From Octopus sinensis (Eukaryota), in assembly GCF_006345805.1 (NCBI RefSeq), contig NC_042997.1:183148001-183212000 (forward strand): a stretch of DNA of 64,000 bases, given 5' to 3'. Positions within the stretch are counted from its first letter, which is position 1. Each line of letters starts with the position of its first letter. Positions 51,252 through 64,000 of the stretch are shown here, in pieces. A program made the translations under genes and the position numbers. The notes beneath the pieces are model-generated. The model searched no databases. It saw nothing but the letters and a program-made list of their open reading frames with translations, and had not been told where the DNA came from.

Positions 51252-51408
51252 AGAGTAGTCTCCACTCTACTCAGTACCTCATCTTCAACAACTCCAGTAG
51301 CAAAACATCCAGCTCCATTACCATCACAGCCCACTCCCACCGTAACATCAACAGGTCTTAAAAATCCACCACCCAAAGCAGGTCTTCGGATATCAAGGGT
51401 AGCACAAG
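51252..51408 (+). CDS. ATF7IP: ATF7IP coding exon 8 (KHPAPLP...PPPKAGLRISRVAQ), lead-in to FN3
   Basis: Acceptor actttcag|, donor G|gtaagt at 51409. HPAPLP motif typical of the family. Phase 0-1. Confidence 0.92.
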
Positions 51409-51659
51409 GTAAGTTCTTATTTCTTTGATAATTAATAAATCTAGTCAGTGTTTATTCATTCGAAGTCTTATTTGCTCTGCTTTTTTTTAGTCATTGATTC
51501 CTAGTTTCATGAGATAGTTTATTTGCTTCTATTTCATTTTTATTGTATTACTTCAGTAAAATCATTTAATGGGTCATTGAAAGCAACTGAAGTTAATTAT
51601 TTTTAATTCTTGGCTAAGATAGAAAAAAAAGTTATTATTGAAAAAAGTACTGTAGTTTA

Positions 51660-52460
51660 TCTTTTACTTGTTCAGTCACTGGACTGTAGCCATGTTGGGA
51701 TATACTGCTTTGAAGGGTTTAGTTGAACAAATTAACCTCAGTACTTATTTTTTTGTTTTTTAGTCTAGTACTTATTCTATCAATCTGGTTTGTGGAACTG
51801 CTATGGTACAGGGACATAAACAAAGCAACATTAGTTTAAGTGGCGGGGGTGGGGTGGGAGACAAGTACAACACACATGCACATGATGGACTTCATCCAGT
51901 TTCTGTTTACCAAATCTACTCACAGGGCTTTGGTTGACCTGGGGCCATAGAAGACATGTAAGGCACAATGGGACTGAACCCAAGACCACATGGTTGGGAA
52001 GTAACTATGTGGTCTTACCCACGCAGCCACATTTCATAACTTTCTATTAAGTTAATTGTTATTAATTAAGTGTTTAAGGCATGAAGCTGACAGAATTGTT
52101 AGCACGCTGGACGAAATGCTTAGTGGTATTTCCCCCATCGCTACATTCTTAGTTCAAATTCCGCCAAGGTTGACTTTACCTTTCATCCTTTTGGGGGTCG
52201 GTAAATTAAGTACCAGTTGAGTACTGGGGTAGATGTAATTGACTACCCCACTCCCCCAAATTTCAGGCCTATGATTATTAATTAGATGCACCCACTACAC
52301 TCTTGGAGTGGTTAGCGTTAGGAAGGGCATCCAGCTGTAGAAACTCTGCCAGATCAGATTGGAGTCTGGTGCAGCCATCTGGTTTGCCAGACCTCAATCA
52401 AATCGTCCAACCCATGCTAGCATGGAAAGCAGACATTAAACAATGATGATGATGATGATT
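51660..52460. mobile_element. Cluster in intron 8: major SINE (-, 51660-52030), second SINE family (+, 52075-52270), RTE tail (+, 52287-52460)
   Basis: Each part matches copies elsewhere in the window. Confidence 0.8.
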
Positions 52461-52663
52461 AATTTGATGTTTTAAATTTGCATTCAGCTAGAATTTTTCT
52501 TTTATATAAACTATACTGAAATGCCATTTTTCTTGTGATTATTTTAGATTGATTTCTTAAATTTAAGTGGTATTTAAATGTTAAACAGCCTTGTGGGGCA
52601 TGACTTGTTTTTGAAAATATTATATCTAATTTTAATTTTCCTCTTTTTTTCTTGTTTATTTAG

Positions 52664-52779
52664 GCATTGTATTATCTTGGAATATGGCTTTAAATGAAAA
52701 TCATGCTGAAATTTCAAATTATCAACTCTATGCTTATCAAGAAGGAAGTGCCCCACCTAGCACTTCCTTATGGAAAAAG
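52664..52779 (+). CDS. ATF7IP: ATF7IP coding exon 9, FN3 domain N-half (GIVLSWNM...YQLYAYQEGSAPPSTSLWKK)
   Basis: Acceptor tttatttag|, donor AAG|gtttgt, recognisable FN3 strands. Phase 1-0. Confidence 0.95.
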
Positions 52780-53182
52780 GTTTGTAAAAACAAGCTTTTA
52801 GAATTGCTTTTTTGCCTAGTTAATTTATAAATCTTCAAGAAATAAAAGTATGATACTCCTTTGTTACACATTAAAGTTGTTTGCAATTATGTTCCTGTAA
52901 ACCCAGAATGTGCTTTAGGGTAAAACGTCTACAATAACAATACACAGTCAAATTATGGTAAATTTTTATTGTATTTAGAAAGCAGTTTTATTGGCAAATT
53001 CTAAAAAGGATGTTTTCTGTACTTTGAATTTGCTTTTGGTATTCTGTTTTTCTTCTCACACATTTCTGAGTTTCCACATACAATGGTAATCTCTATAAGA
53101 GCCAAACCACAGCACCTCTTTAAAAAAAATAATGTAATTTTTTTTTCCTTTTTTAACTCAATGAATGTTTTGTTTATTTCAG

Positions 53183-53344
53183 GTTGGAGACATTAAGGCT
53201 CTACCTCTTCCGATGGCTTGTACATTAACTCAATTCCATGAAGGAAACAAATATCATTTTGCTGTTCGAGCTGTAGATTCACATGGCCGTGTAGGGCCCT
53301 TCAGTGATCCTAGTACCATAAACCTTGGAGTTGGAAACAAATGA
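53183..53344 (+). CDS. ATF7IP: ATF7IP last coding exon, FN3 C-half ([18 protein letters not shown]...GNK*)
   Basis: Acceptor ttatttcag|, family signature [14 protein letters not shown], stop TGA 53342-53344. Confidence 0.96.
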   Translation, partial: VGDIKALPLPMACTLTQFHEGNKYHFAVRAVDSHGRVGPFSDPSTINLGVGNK

Positions 53345-53706
53345 ATTCTATAGAATTCTTGGAAAGACACACCAGTAACTACACCTTCAATTAAGGACAT
53401 GTTAATATTCTTTGTAATCCAGCATTTATTTGATGACATCTTAGTTACCATGAGTCAAATTCTTGAGTCCTAATAGTCTCTATTATTAACTCCAAGTTTT
53501 TGACACCTAAAAAAAGTTGTGTGTGTTTGTTTCATTAAGGTCTTTTACAGACAAGGAGAAGTATCTATAAACAATTTGCTCTTCATTAGCTGTTCGCATC
53601 ATTGTTAAGGATTTGACACTGTTTGCTTTATTATAGTTATCTATAAGTACGGGAAGGTGTCTTTAATTTAAAGAGATTTACAAAAATATTTTGTAGCTCA
53701 CTTTAC

Positions 53707-53946
53707 AATAAATTTTGATACATCTACATTGTATTTTAAATGTTAATAAAATACAATTTTAAACAAAATGCATTGATATAAAAATGTACCAAACAAAATT
53801 ATCCAGAGAAAACTTTTTCAGTATTTTTTTTACTGTGTTATTTATTAATATATCTGTTAATGTAAATTGGTACAGATTATAAAATATTGAAGAAAGAAAT
53901 GGAAATTATTTAATCTTCTTTTCATTTACAGTTAAACTTGAATAAA
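53707..53946 (+). terminator. Candidate polyadenylation signals of ATF7IP
   Basis: AATAAA at 53707, 53745 and 53941 downstream of the stop. The AT-rich background lowers specificity. Confidence 0.45.
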
Positions 53947-55899
53947 AGATATTTTCATTTCAAACTGGGTAAGACCATGGAACTAAAACTAGAAATGTGA
54001 ACTTTAAAAAAAGAAATCACAATGATAATACTATTCTTAAGTCAAATTTACTAGAGTTAAGTATTAAAAATAGGAAGTGACTTTGAATAATGAAAGATTT
54101 GTGTATCTCTATATAATTGTCTTTTTTATATTAGGGGTCTTAAATAATAAAAGTAGTGAATATTTTGCTTAATAGCCTTAATTTCACCTGTTAGATTTAT
54201 TGAAGTACATCAATATGATCAATTGGAAATTTGTCATCATTTCTGGATATATATATAATACTTAAAATATTCTTGATTCTTTTATTTTAATTTTTTTTTT
54301 TTAAGCTAATGATGTTTTTAAACACTCCTTATGTAATAAGACGTATAAGCCTTTGTGTGTATGTTTTTCAACAAATATACATGCACAACTTTCACAAAGG
54401 TTGTTAAAGCATTCAAAAGTAAATTCTAAACATATTTAATTCACTTACTTAAAACAACGGTTATAATGAATCCAATTTAATCATAAAATGTTCTTAATTT
54501 CAAACATCCATCTTACCTGATAAACTTATCATATTCTTCTATGGGGCAGCAAAATATATAAAAACAACTCCTTTGTTGATTTTAAAAAAACAAAACAAAT
54601 TTTCTTCAAGCAGTCAAACAGAAATTGGAGTATCTTTACATTTTTTTCTGTTCTTGGATATTTATTTTACTTTTTCTAACTATCATTTTAATTACTTTAC
54701 ACAACTTTCCATTCTTTTACGTTTCACTCGCTGAATTACAGCTGGTTTTAATTGATTATATCATCTCCAATAGTTATTTCAGTTTCACAATTATTTTATT
54801 GAGTGGTTAGGTTACCACATAAACAATACTTTTTTTTTCTTTTTAACTGGTGATGTATTAAATATAAACACAGATGGGTGGGGACATAAACATGTATATA
54901 TACTGGGCTTTCTGTACAGTTTCTGCTTATTAAATTTCACTCAGTTTTGGTCAAAATGCAACTATAATAGAAGACACCGAAAATGCACTACAGTGGGATC
55001 TTTGAACCACTTTGTTGCAAAGCAGACTTCTTAAATATGCAGCTATTGCCTGAACTTATGTTTTTAAAAATTAAAATATATTTTGTGTGTCTCTACCATC
55101 ATCCACAGGATATTCATTCATCATGTGACTGCAAAATATTAGAGGACGCCATTTTTATCATGGTTTTTAAAAAATTTGATTGCTCTGGTGTCCATTCTTG
55201 GACATCAAGAACTGCTGATGGTAGAAAGTCCAAAATTTTAATAACGATTGTTGAACAAAAATATTTTTTTTCTTTCTTGAAATGTTGTTTTTGTAGCAAA
55301 CAATTTTAGATGTTAGGTGTGAGACCCAGCTCTGTTCCAAATCTCATTTGGTGGTCAAGATGAGTCATGAGAAACAAAATCAGTTGCAAAAAAAATTAAA
55401 CACACAGACACACACATGCACTCTCTCTCTCTCTTAAAGTTCACAGATATGTAGCAATGAAATTTCTTCCTGACATTGTAACCAGAATGGGATGAGGGTA
55501 AATACATTCAAATACTGAATAGAAAAAAAATTTGTATAGTTTTCAGTCATTTAATGTTTTGTGAATATGTCAAACTATTCTGATGATATATACGGAAGGT
55601 AATATATAATAGCTATACTTATCCTCATTAGTTATTGCAGTTATACTTTCCAGAGAGATTTCCTTGTTTCTTCTACTCTTTCTCTCCCAGTATGCATGTA
55701 GATAAAGCCTCCTCTACATTTGATTGAAGGTTTTAAACATATTTCTTTCAGCTATTCATCTACTCTTTATCTTTGATATTTTCTACTGAAAATCTCAAAT
55801 TTTGACTCAACACTCCCAAGCATATTTTTCCATTAATCAGCACTCCATCGTTTGTGTGTTCTGGCATATGTAAATGGTCATTTCTCTAGCTGCATAATC

Positions 55900-56095
55900 A
55901 GCATCATTCATTCATCATTTTTCGACCGTGGTTAGACAATGGAATTTACTATGTTACGCCAGACTTCACGGTCCATCATAGCATTACGGAGATCCTGTTG
56001 CTGGATGCCTGTATTCCTGGAGATTACATCAGGGTAGGAGAGTGTGCGCCCTCTAGGAGTTTAGGCCGGATCTGAGGAGGGCTGGTAGCTAGATG
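55900..56095 (-). mobile_element. RTE-clade LINE extreme 3' fragment (different family)
   Basis: Minus strand reads RGRTLSYPDVISRNTGIQQQDLRNAMMDREVWRNIV, followed by a tgaatga-type tail. Confidence 0.65.
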
Positions 56096-57869
56096 TGTTT
56101 CTTAATCTCAAACTAATGTAAGCTTTAAATACTTAGCTTGGATTTTGAGGTTCTCTTACCTTTAACTTTAGTTTCCTGGATTTACCTTTCCTAATGATGA
56201 AACTACAACTTTGCTTCATATTTCAGATTGCGATATCCCATGTTCAAACTATTAAGATCTGGCCCCTCTCACTTACCCTATAATGTCATCCTAAAAATAA
56301 ATAATCACATCATCAAAATCTCAATGTTAAGAGATAATGCATGATTGATTGAAAACAATGTTAAGAGATAGATATTACATTTGACACAGTAACCTGAAGG
56401 CTACAGGGTTATACATCTTCATGTTGTAGCAATTGTGTCTTTGTTTCAATCTCAAAAGGTGATTATAGTACCTTTTAAACCAGGTGTAGAAGTTCTCTTG
56501 AAACTGACGTTTATGTATTCTTTTTGGGGGGTTTTCTGTATCCCAAAACACTGAGACTGCTAGGAGAATATGGGATTGGCAGGTATACAAAGTAATAGAA
56601 ACTATCAGATGTGTAATATCCTTGATAGCCTACCCCTTGCCATTGATGAAGTGGTAGTTGCTGTTACATTATTTGATGTTAACTTAAGATTTGTCTTTAC
56701 AGAATTAAATGAAACAATATTATATCATATATGAAGTCAGCACATTATATATATATATATATTAGTACAATATTGTTACATTTTATCTTCTAAGTTGATT
56801 AAAATACCAAATACCTACCTATTTGCACAGCAGTTTTTGTATGTATGTATTTTTCCTTATATACATATGTATATTTGTGTGTGCATGCAAATGTGCATAT
56901 GCATGTATATATCCATGTGTTTGTGTATGTTTCTACATTGATGTAGCATACACAAATAATTATGGAGTTCCTTTTGCAATCAGGAGATCCTGGACCCAAT
57001 CTCATCATAAATCATCTTGGATAAGTGTCTTTTATTGTAACCTTGAATCAGTCCAGGCCTCGCAAATGAAATCAGGTAGACAGTAGTCTGGCAGATGGAC
57101 TGTAACTATAATTCAAAGGTCTACTTTTATTACACAATAGATTACACTGATTCTGTCCCTTATGTTAATAGTATATGTTTCTGTTGAACAACTTACCACT
57201 CATTATAGGAGCTGATATAGATCCATTTACATTAGGGTACATGCCTCTCCAACAAAAAGAATACCTCTTTTGACTGTATTCTGTGCCATTTATTTGGTAC
57301 TGGCATGGTTTTGAAGATTTACTTTACCACACTGGGCATGCAGGTTGGTATGGTTTCTTCTTTAGACACTTAGGTGGCACTTGAACTCTGAACACAAAGA
57401 GCCAGAACCAATACTGTAATGCATCTCACCTGACACTCTAACAATTCTCCCAGTCAACTTTCTTGGACAGTCATTCTTTTTGTTGACTGTTTATATCCAT
57501 TTATACTTGTGTGTGCATGTATGTAAGAATAAAAGGTTTTGATAATGTACAGAGTAGTGTATTAATAAACATAAAAATAAATATTTTGTTGGAAGTCTTG
57601 GAAGGTATCATTTCTTAGTTTTGTTGTACATAGATATAAAGGGTCTTTGAAAGTTCTAAGGAAATAAATTGAAATACTGCTTAAATGTTTTTATCTTTTT
57701 TTTTCCCTGGTTTTGTTGTCTAGCATTTGAATGTCCTTTCCCTGTCTCCTTTTTTATTCTAAACAAACCTGTAAAAATATTAAAAAAACAATCTGAAATA
57801 ATACCAACTAAAGAATTTCATGATAGAGATTCATCTCAATAAATTAGAGAACATGTAAGATACAGATGT

Positions 57870-58960
57870 TAATATACACACAGACAAATGTAAAGGCTGA
57901 GCATATGGGAGCCATTGACAAGATATATTCCAAGTTCAACTATAGGCCAAACCTTCAGTTCTTCCTCTTATTCATCCTTTTCTGATGTGCTTTGCTCTTG
58001 AGTTCTCTGATGTCTGGTGATTAGCTGACTTATTGTTACTATGAGTATAAGCAACTGTTCTGATTAATTTTCTGCCTTAGAAACACCTACTACTGCCAAC
58101 AGATTTCTTTATGGTCTGAATCAGATGTGAAATCATTTGTGACTTTCTCTGAGTATATGCAACTAAGAAATGGTCACATTTGCAATAATCTTAAAAGGTG
58201 TACACAAGGCGTCTTGGTCCCATATGCCCACATACATATATCATCATCATATATATATATATATATATAATTCTCCTTATGGTTCTGAAGCAATTAGTTG
58301 TAGATTTGTATAAATTCTACACCCTGCTTGGTGATTTCTGGAATCGTTAATGCACTGGAATTAGCCCTCTCCAGAAACTTAGCAATAAGAAATATTTGGT
58401 CATATAGTGCTGCTGGGAAGGTTTTCTCAACTACATCTTTTTCACCTTTAATCAATGCATTGAGAAGACCTGGTTTGTTTGTTCTACTTGTGATTTTTAT
58501 TTGCAGTAATGATATCAGACCAGGTACTTGGTTTAACAACATTGATTGAATATGATAACTGCATGGTGACTTTGAAAACTTCTAACCTCTTACCAAGATA
58601 TTGTTTATTAGTTTGAGCTTTACACAGGCAAACCCTAAGATCCATGCCCTTCTCCCTAGGTCAAGCTTGTCTTTATCATGTAACTTCTCTAAAGACAGTC
58701 AATATTAAATGTTTCATGTTTCCAACTATATTAAAAATCCAACTACTTTTTTTGTCTTCTGTTTCCAAACGATTGGTAGAGCTTCTCCTATATACAGGTT
58801 TGTTGAGATTACTAGTTTGTGTACTCCACATAGATTGGAATGAAGATATCTACCTTCCTGAGTGTTGCTCTGAATGATCCTGATGCCATCTTCTTTGTTA
58901 TACATCAGGGCACTGTTTTCAAGAGTGTTCCACTTAGGTAACATAGAGGTAGACTCCCAA
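57870..58960 (-). mobile_element. Degraded CR1-like LINE fragment
   Basis: Weak RT C-terminal remnants with many stops. Confidence 0.35.
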
Positions 58961-59077
58961 ACACAAGGCAACAAAACAAAATCGATAAAAAGATTTAAGC
59001 AACATTTCATTTCACTTCCTTTGGAAAACTTTTAAGCATTTTTGTACCTGCATACAGATAAACTAAGAAATAATCTT

Positions 59078-59290
59078 TTGTACTCTAGACACAAGGCCCG
59101 AAATTTTGGGGGAGGGGGCCAGTCGATTAGATTGCCCCAGTACGCAACTGGCACTTCATTTATTGACCCCCGAAAGGATGAAAAACAAAATCAACCGTGG
59201 CAGAATTTGAATTTAGTATGTAAAGACAGACAAAATACCGCTAAGCACTTGGCCCAGCATGCTACCATTTCTGTTAGCTCACTGCCTTAC
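59078..59290 (-). mobile_element. tRNA-derived SINE (second family)
   Basis: Reverse complement of the 52075-52270 type, head aaggcagtgagctaacagaa. Confidence 0.75.
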
Positions 59291-61982
59291 ATGAACTAAA
59301 AAATAATACCAAAGTACCATTTGAGTACTGGGGTTGCTCCTTCAAAATTTCAGGCCTTGTGCCTATAGTAGAAAGGATTATTTATATATAAACCTTGTGT
59401 AGCAACAAAAGAAGTAGGTCTCAATATCATTGAAAATAGAGGGCTAAATTTATTAAATGATGGATGTGGAACACACATTCAGGATTCAGTTTCTGTGCAA
59501 CAACTCAGTGAACAGCACTGCATCAGCATGCATTCGGCTTGCAGTAGCCAATGAAGTGTAGCATTCATTGAGTTTTACAGAAACTCAGAAGCCTGAATGT
59601 AAGTGTTCCATACCTGTGTCATTTAAAAAATATATATTCACACATATCTGGTTTTATATATCTTCTTTTCATTTCATTATCCCCCTATGAATATACTGAT
59701 ATATTAAAATTGTCCGATTATGAGTGGGGATTTTCTAAACAAAACATGTATATGGCCTTCCTCATTCTAAACAGTTGAAACAGTATTACTGTCCATTGTC
59801 AAATGAAATATCATTTTCATATACATCTGCTTTTATGTGTATATATAAATTAGTTTTTTTTATCCTACGATATATTGTTGGAACAACTGGGAGTGAACAT
59901 GAAACTGAAAAGATTTTTTTAAAGATATTAATGAAGAATATGACATGAAAATAATATTGCTATTTTTAGAGATTTCTATTCATTGATCCTAAGTTATATA
60001 ATCCTATACTGATCCTACATGAAACAATAAAATATTGGCCTTATAACTTACTTTTTATTTTTACTTTATTTTCATTTCAAAGTGAGTTTCACTTATATGG
60101 TTGCACTTTGTAGAGACACAATAACTGTTCATAGTTAAATTAGTGTTTCTAGCTCTGAAGGGGAAACCTAGGCTTTGATAAGTAGTTACAGTTTACTTGT
60201 AACACTGAAAGGTCATCAGAGATTGAAGTCTAGTATTTGTGGTGGCTTTATGATTAATTAAATCGTGTTGTATTAAGCTGCACAAATGAATTTGCTGACA
60301 TTGTGTAGCTGTTGTGTGTCCCTGATATAAAGGTTATTTGATTTTATAAAGGGAACCCATGCCTGTGTGGAAAACTAATGTTAAAGAATGATGATGATGA
60401 GTAAATGGTAAAGTGATGAATGTGATGCTTAGGTTTGTTTCAATTCAGGTAGAATCTTTCTGCATAGAATATTCTTCTACAAGCAATTATTTCTGAATGA
60501 TTTATTAATACTTTTTCATATCAAGATAATTCTAAGTTAGGTAGATATATATATAATTTGAGATGAGGGGCCTTTGTTCTTTTGATAAATCTACCACATT
60601 AACAAAATTAAGTACTGAAATCAACTTTATTGACCACATTCTTGTGGTCATGCCCCAGAATGGCTTGGCTGCAGTCCATTGGCCAAAACAATTTTATATT
60701 ATGTGTTAAACATTGTAGTACAATCTTAAATTGTGACACGGTGAATGTCTAATTTTAGTATTTATTTGAGGCTTATGAGCGTATATAAGTTCCTTCATTT
60801 TTCTATCACTCCTCTTAATCTGTTTGTAATTTTTAGAATGCCTGATTTGAAAAATCCCTGGATTTTGAATTAAATATATATATTTAACTAATTTTCTATA
60901 TCTTACTTTCTGGCCATACTTTGTATAAATGATTTTGCAAAGATCTAAATAACTGGAGGTCCTTTGTTGTATGGGAACACTTTATGAAATGGTTATGCAT
61001 CAATGAATGCTACCAATATTTTTAGATTTGACGAAAAACAGGTTTCAACAGGTGCAAACTCCTAATCAGACAGAGCTTTCTATAAAACTTGACACTGATT
61101 AATTGAGATTATCTACACAATTACTAAACAGAAACTCCCTTCAGGGAGTGATATTCAAAATCTAGTTATAAGCAAGATAGACCCAACAAGCTCAATTAAT
61201 TGGAATTTTTGGAAAATAGTAACAGAGCAGATGGGAGTGGATCTAGTCTTTAAAGGCAATAGGTAAAAGCAAGGGACAGGTTTCAGTCTTATTAAATATT
61301 CCATGTAAATCATTCTGTTCAGTTGGCAAGACTAAAAGTACTCCCATATAGATGGAGACATGGCTGTGTAGTAAGAAGTTTGCTTCCCAACTACATGGTT
61401 CCAGGTTCAGTTCCATTGCGTGGTACCTACAGCAAGTGTCTTCTACTTATGAGTGGATTTGGTAGACGGAAACTGAAAGAAGCCCATAAAATATATGTAT
61501 TTGTGTTTATATATATATGTATGGATGGATGTATATACAAATTTACAGTTAACAAAAATCTGGATGTGTGGTGTTCAGTTACTCAAATGATACAAAACAT
61601 ACACAGAGGACAAACACAAAAGGGCCTTAATTCTTCATCAGTTATCGGCCAAAATACTAATACCCAGTTTCATGCCTTTAATAAGACTGAGAACTTCGTA
61701 TATCGGTGGCATCTGCAAAACTTGCAGAGAATGAGGGCTCAAGTAAACAAAACAATACAGGATGAACATATGAAAGCAAACAAATGTAATTTGAAACAAT
61801 AGAAAAAGATGGAATAAATACAGCCTTTTGGTCAAACACGAATATGGTGGCTTTGTGGTGTGAAACCTTGGGTTACTCAATATAAAATTTTGTTGTAATA
61901 ATTACTGCTCTATTTTTTAGAGTATGCTTTTTTCTGATACATGTTTTTTTTTATTAACCAACTATATGTGTGTGTGTGTGTG

Positions 61983-62020
<38 letters not shown>

Positions 62021-62022
<2 letters not shown>

Positions 62023-63253
62023 GAGTAATTCCATAAATAATGTGGTTTTTATACTTTTATTTTTCAAAATTAAGATAAAGTTCTTTTTTAATCTGATATA
62101 TTCTCATTTTCTACAAATAGTCTTCCATCTATCTGGTGGACTTGCAAGGTCCCTCTTCCAAAATTCACTTGTCTGTGACAAAAAATACCCCTCCACTACT
62201 GTTCTGACTTCATCTACACAATTCATATTTTCTCTGTCCAAATGATTTTGAAGACTGCAGAATAAATGATAATCAGATGAGGCAATGTCTGGCGAATATG
62301 ATGGGTGGGGCATCGCTTCCTATTCAAACTGCTCCAGTCTTTGGAATGTCATCCTCACTGTATGTGGCTGAGCATTATCCTAATGGAAGAACACCTTACG
62401 TCTTGAAACCAAAGATGATCGTTTTTCTTCTAGTGCTAACTTATGCCACTCCAGCTGCTTGCAGTAGACTTCCTTTGTTATCGTTTGATTTGGGTTTAAA
62501 AGTTCAAAGTGGACTAAACCTTTCATATCCTACCGAACAGATAACACTTTATGTGGGTGAAGACCTTCTTTAGCCTGGGGTGCTGGTGTTTCTCCTTTCC
62601 CTACCCACTGTCTTTGGGGCTTGGCATTTTTATAGAGAACCCATTTCTCGTCACCAGTTACTATTCAGTCCAAAAAAGGTTAATTTGTGAGACGTTACAG
62701 CAAAGAAGAGCACACATTCACTCTCTGAGCAAGATTAGACTCGGAAAGTTTGTGAGGAACCCATTGACCCAATTTGCCAACTTTTCTGATGGCATGCAGG
62801 TGTCAATGAAAGGCTGAATGACTAAATCTAAGATTCTCTGCTAGTTCCTCAACAGTTATGATGGGATTTTGTTCCACCAGGGTTTGCAGGATGAGGTTCG
62901 TCTTCTAGTCTGTAGTTTCTGGCTTGGAATTTCTGGAACTATCGTTGACACTGGCTTACACTTATTGTCCGATCCCTATACACTGCATTAATATTCCTTG
63001 CACTTTCGGCTACGTTGTTGTCTTTATTGAACTCATAAAGCAAAATATGTCAAATATACTCTTTTGTCACTTTCATTATAGCTTCGTAAAAATAACACTT
63101 AAAATCGAACTGCACTCTTCAAAATTTGCAATAAAATCAAGGTAAAATTACTACCTGCTTTTATATCAAGTTGATGCAGGTAGTTTATCCCGTCCCCTTC
63201 CTACTTTTAGTTCATGCAATTGAAAAAACCGAATTATTTATGGGATGACCCAA
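62021..63253 (-). mobile_element. Full-length decayed mariner transposon (~1.23 kb), transposase pseudogene
   Basis: Minus strand WVPHKL and PHPSYSPDIASSDYHLF motifs. Imperfect TIRs TAGAGTAATTCCATAAATAATGTGG / TTGGGTCATCCCATAAATAATTCGG, TA flank. Frameshifts present. Confidence 0.9.
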
Positions 63254-63679
63254 TATACATGTGCGTGTCTTCATGTCTATGTTTGTCTTCCTACCATCGT
63301 TTGACAACTGATGTTGATGTGTTAAAGTCTGTTCGGCATAAACACCGATAGAATAGAATAAGTACTAGGCTTACAAGGAATAAACCCCGGGGTTGATTTC
63401 TTCGACTAAAAGAATAAACGAATAGGAGGAACATACTGATGCTTGTTATGAATATCTGCAATACAGCCGAGTTTAAAATACCTCAAGAGAGCGTTCGTCA
63501 TGGTAAATACAACTATGGTAGCAGCTAACCGATGTAAATTTCGTTGAATAGAAATTGTCGGTGCAGGTAAGTTTAGTGAAAATCTCATGACGGAATTTGT
63601 ATTGTTTGCTGTCATCGTCTTATACCCACTGCAGTGATTAATTCTGTCCATTCAAGGTGTCTTTACTCGTTATATAACT

Positions 63680-64000
63680 ACTTGTAATAATAATGAAATT
63701 ATTGTATACAGTGTTCAGGTGCACCACAACTTGTCACAAAGTGCGTATAAAGCATATGCAGTAATGTACAAATGTCTGGAAAGCGAACAGTGTATGAGTC
63801 AGATACATGCTTGCGGGTGTATGGAGGGGATAAAATCAGGTGTAGTGTTGGCGAATCTCAGAAAGCATGGAAGTTTTGAAGGATGCAGTGCTCCAACAAC
63901 TAACAACTGATGCCGACAGTTTGTTCCATGCATCAGCAACTCTTAGCGTGAAAAAATGTTTCCGAAAGTCATGGGAGCTGTGCTGTTTTCTGACTTTGTA
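63680..64000 (-). mobile_element. CR1-group LINE 3' end, runs off window
   Basis: Minus strand reads YKVRKQHSSHDFRKHFFTLRVADAWNKL...SFK, the typical R.HFF..RV...WN.L terminus, then 3' UTR and (TTA)n. Confidence 0.8.

Larger units (their letters stand above)
15800..53950 (+). other. ATF7IP: ATF7IP/MCAF1 (Windei) orthologue, gene span from first coding exon to candidate poly(A) signals; 10 coding exons, 1100 aa
   Basis: Exons join in compatible phases with GT-AG boundaries (55+933+545+210+45+282+798+157+116+162 = 3303 nt). The C-terminus GIVLSW...YQLYAYQE...[21 protein letters not shown]...[20 protein letters not shown] is the hallmark ATF7IP FN3 domain. Confidence 0.93.

Noticed and set aside
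61323-61802. 159-aa ORF and the many other 60-150 aa ORFs in the track
   Set aside because: They translate SINEs, microsatellites or antisense strands of real exons and have no independent coding signal.
62021-63253. Possible domesticated mariner (SETMAR-like) near a chromatin gene
   Set aside because: The transposase is broken across frames, TIRs are present and no SET exon is linked. It is an ordinary dead copy.

Overview
AT-rich, repeat-dense eukaryotic genomic DNA. The SINE, RTE and microsatellite content is consistent with an Octopus genome (inference). One protein-coding gene can be fully reconstructed on the + strand: an ATF7IP/MCAF1 (Windei) orthologue, the SETDB1 cofactor. It has 10 phase-compatible GT-AG coding exons from 15806 to 53344 (3303 nt, 1100 aa), with a coiled-coil region, a SUMO-interacting motif (VKLIDLTGDDE) and the diagnostic C-terminal FN3 domain. 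A relatively CpG-rich upstream region (about 3.7-9.2 kb) carries Inr, ETS, ETS-CRE and YY1-like motifs and several candidate first exons. The rest is tRNA-derived SINEs, RTE, CR1 and R4/Dong LINE fragments, a decayed mariner and several MITEs. The most notable unannotated features are these. (1) An intronic, partly inverted tandem array of a ~342-nt monomer carrying type I hammerhead ribozymes, i.e. a retrozyme-like element (24598-25575); one copy has an intact catalytic core in the sense of the ATF7IP pre-mRNA. (2) Several further Penelope-type minimal hammerhead relics. (3) An intact intronic ORF of 23-aa STPR-type repeats (48580-49005) next to a decayed tandem twin and a Helitron-like terminus; it is in phase to act as an alternative last exon replacing the FN3 domain. 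All calls were made by eye, with no alignments or database searches.
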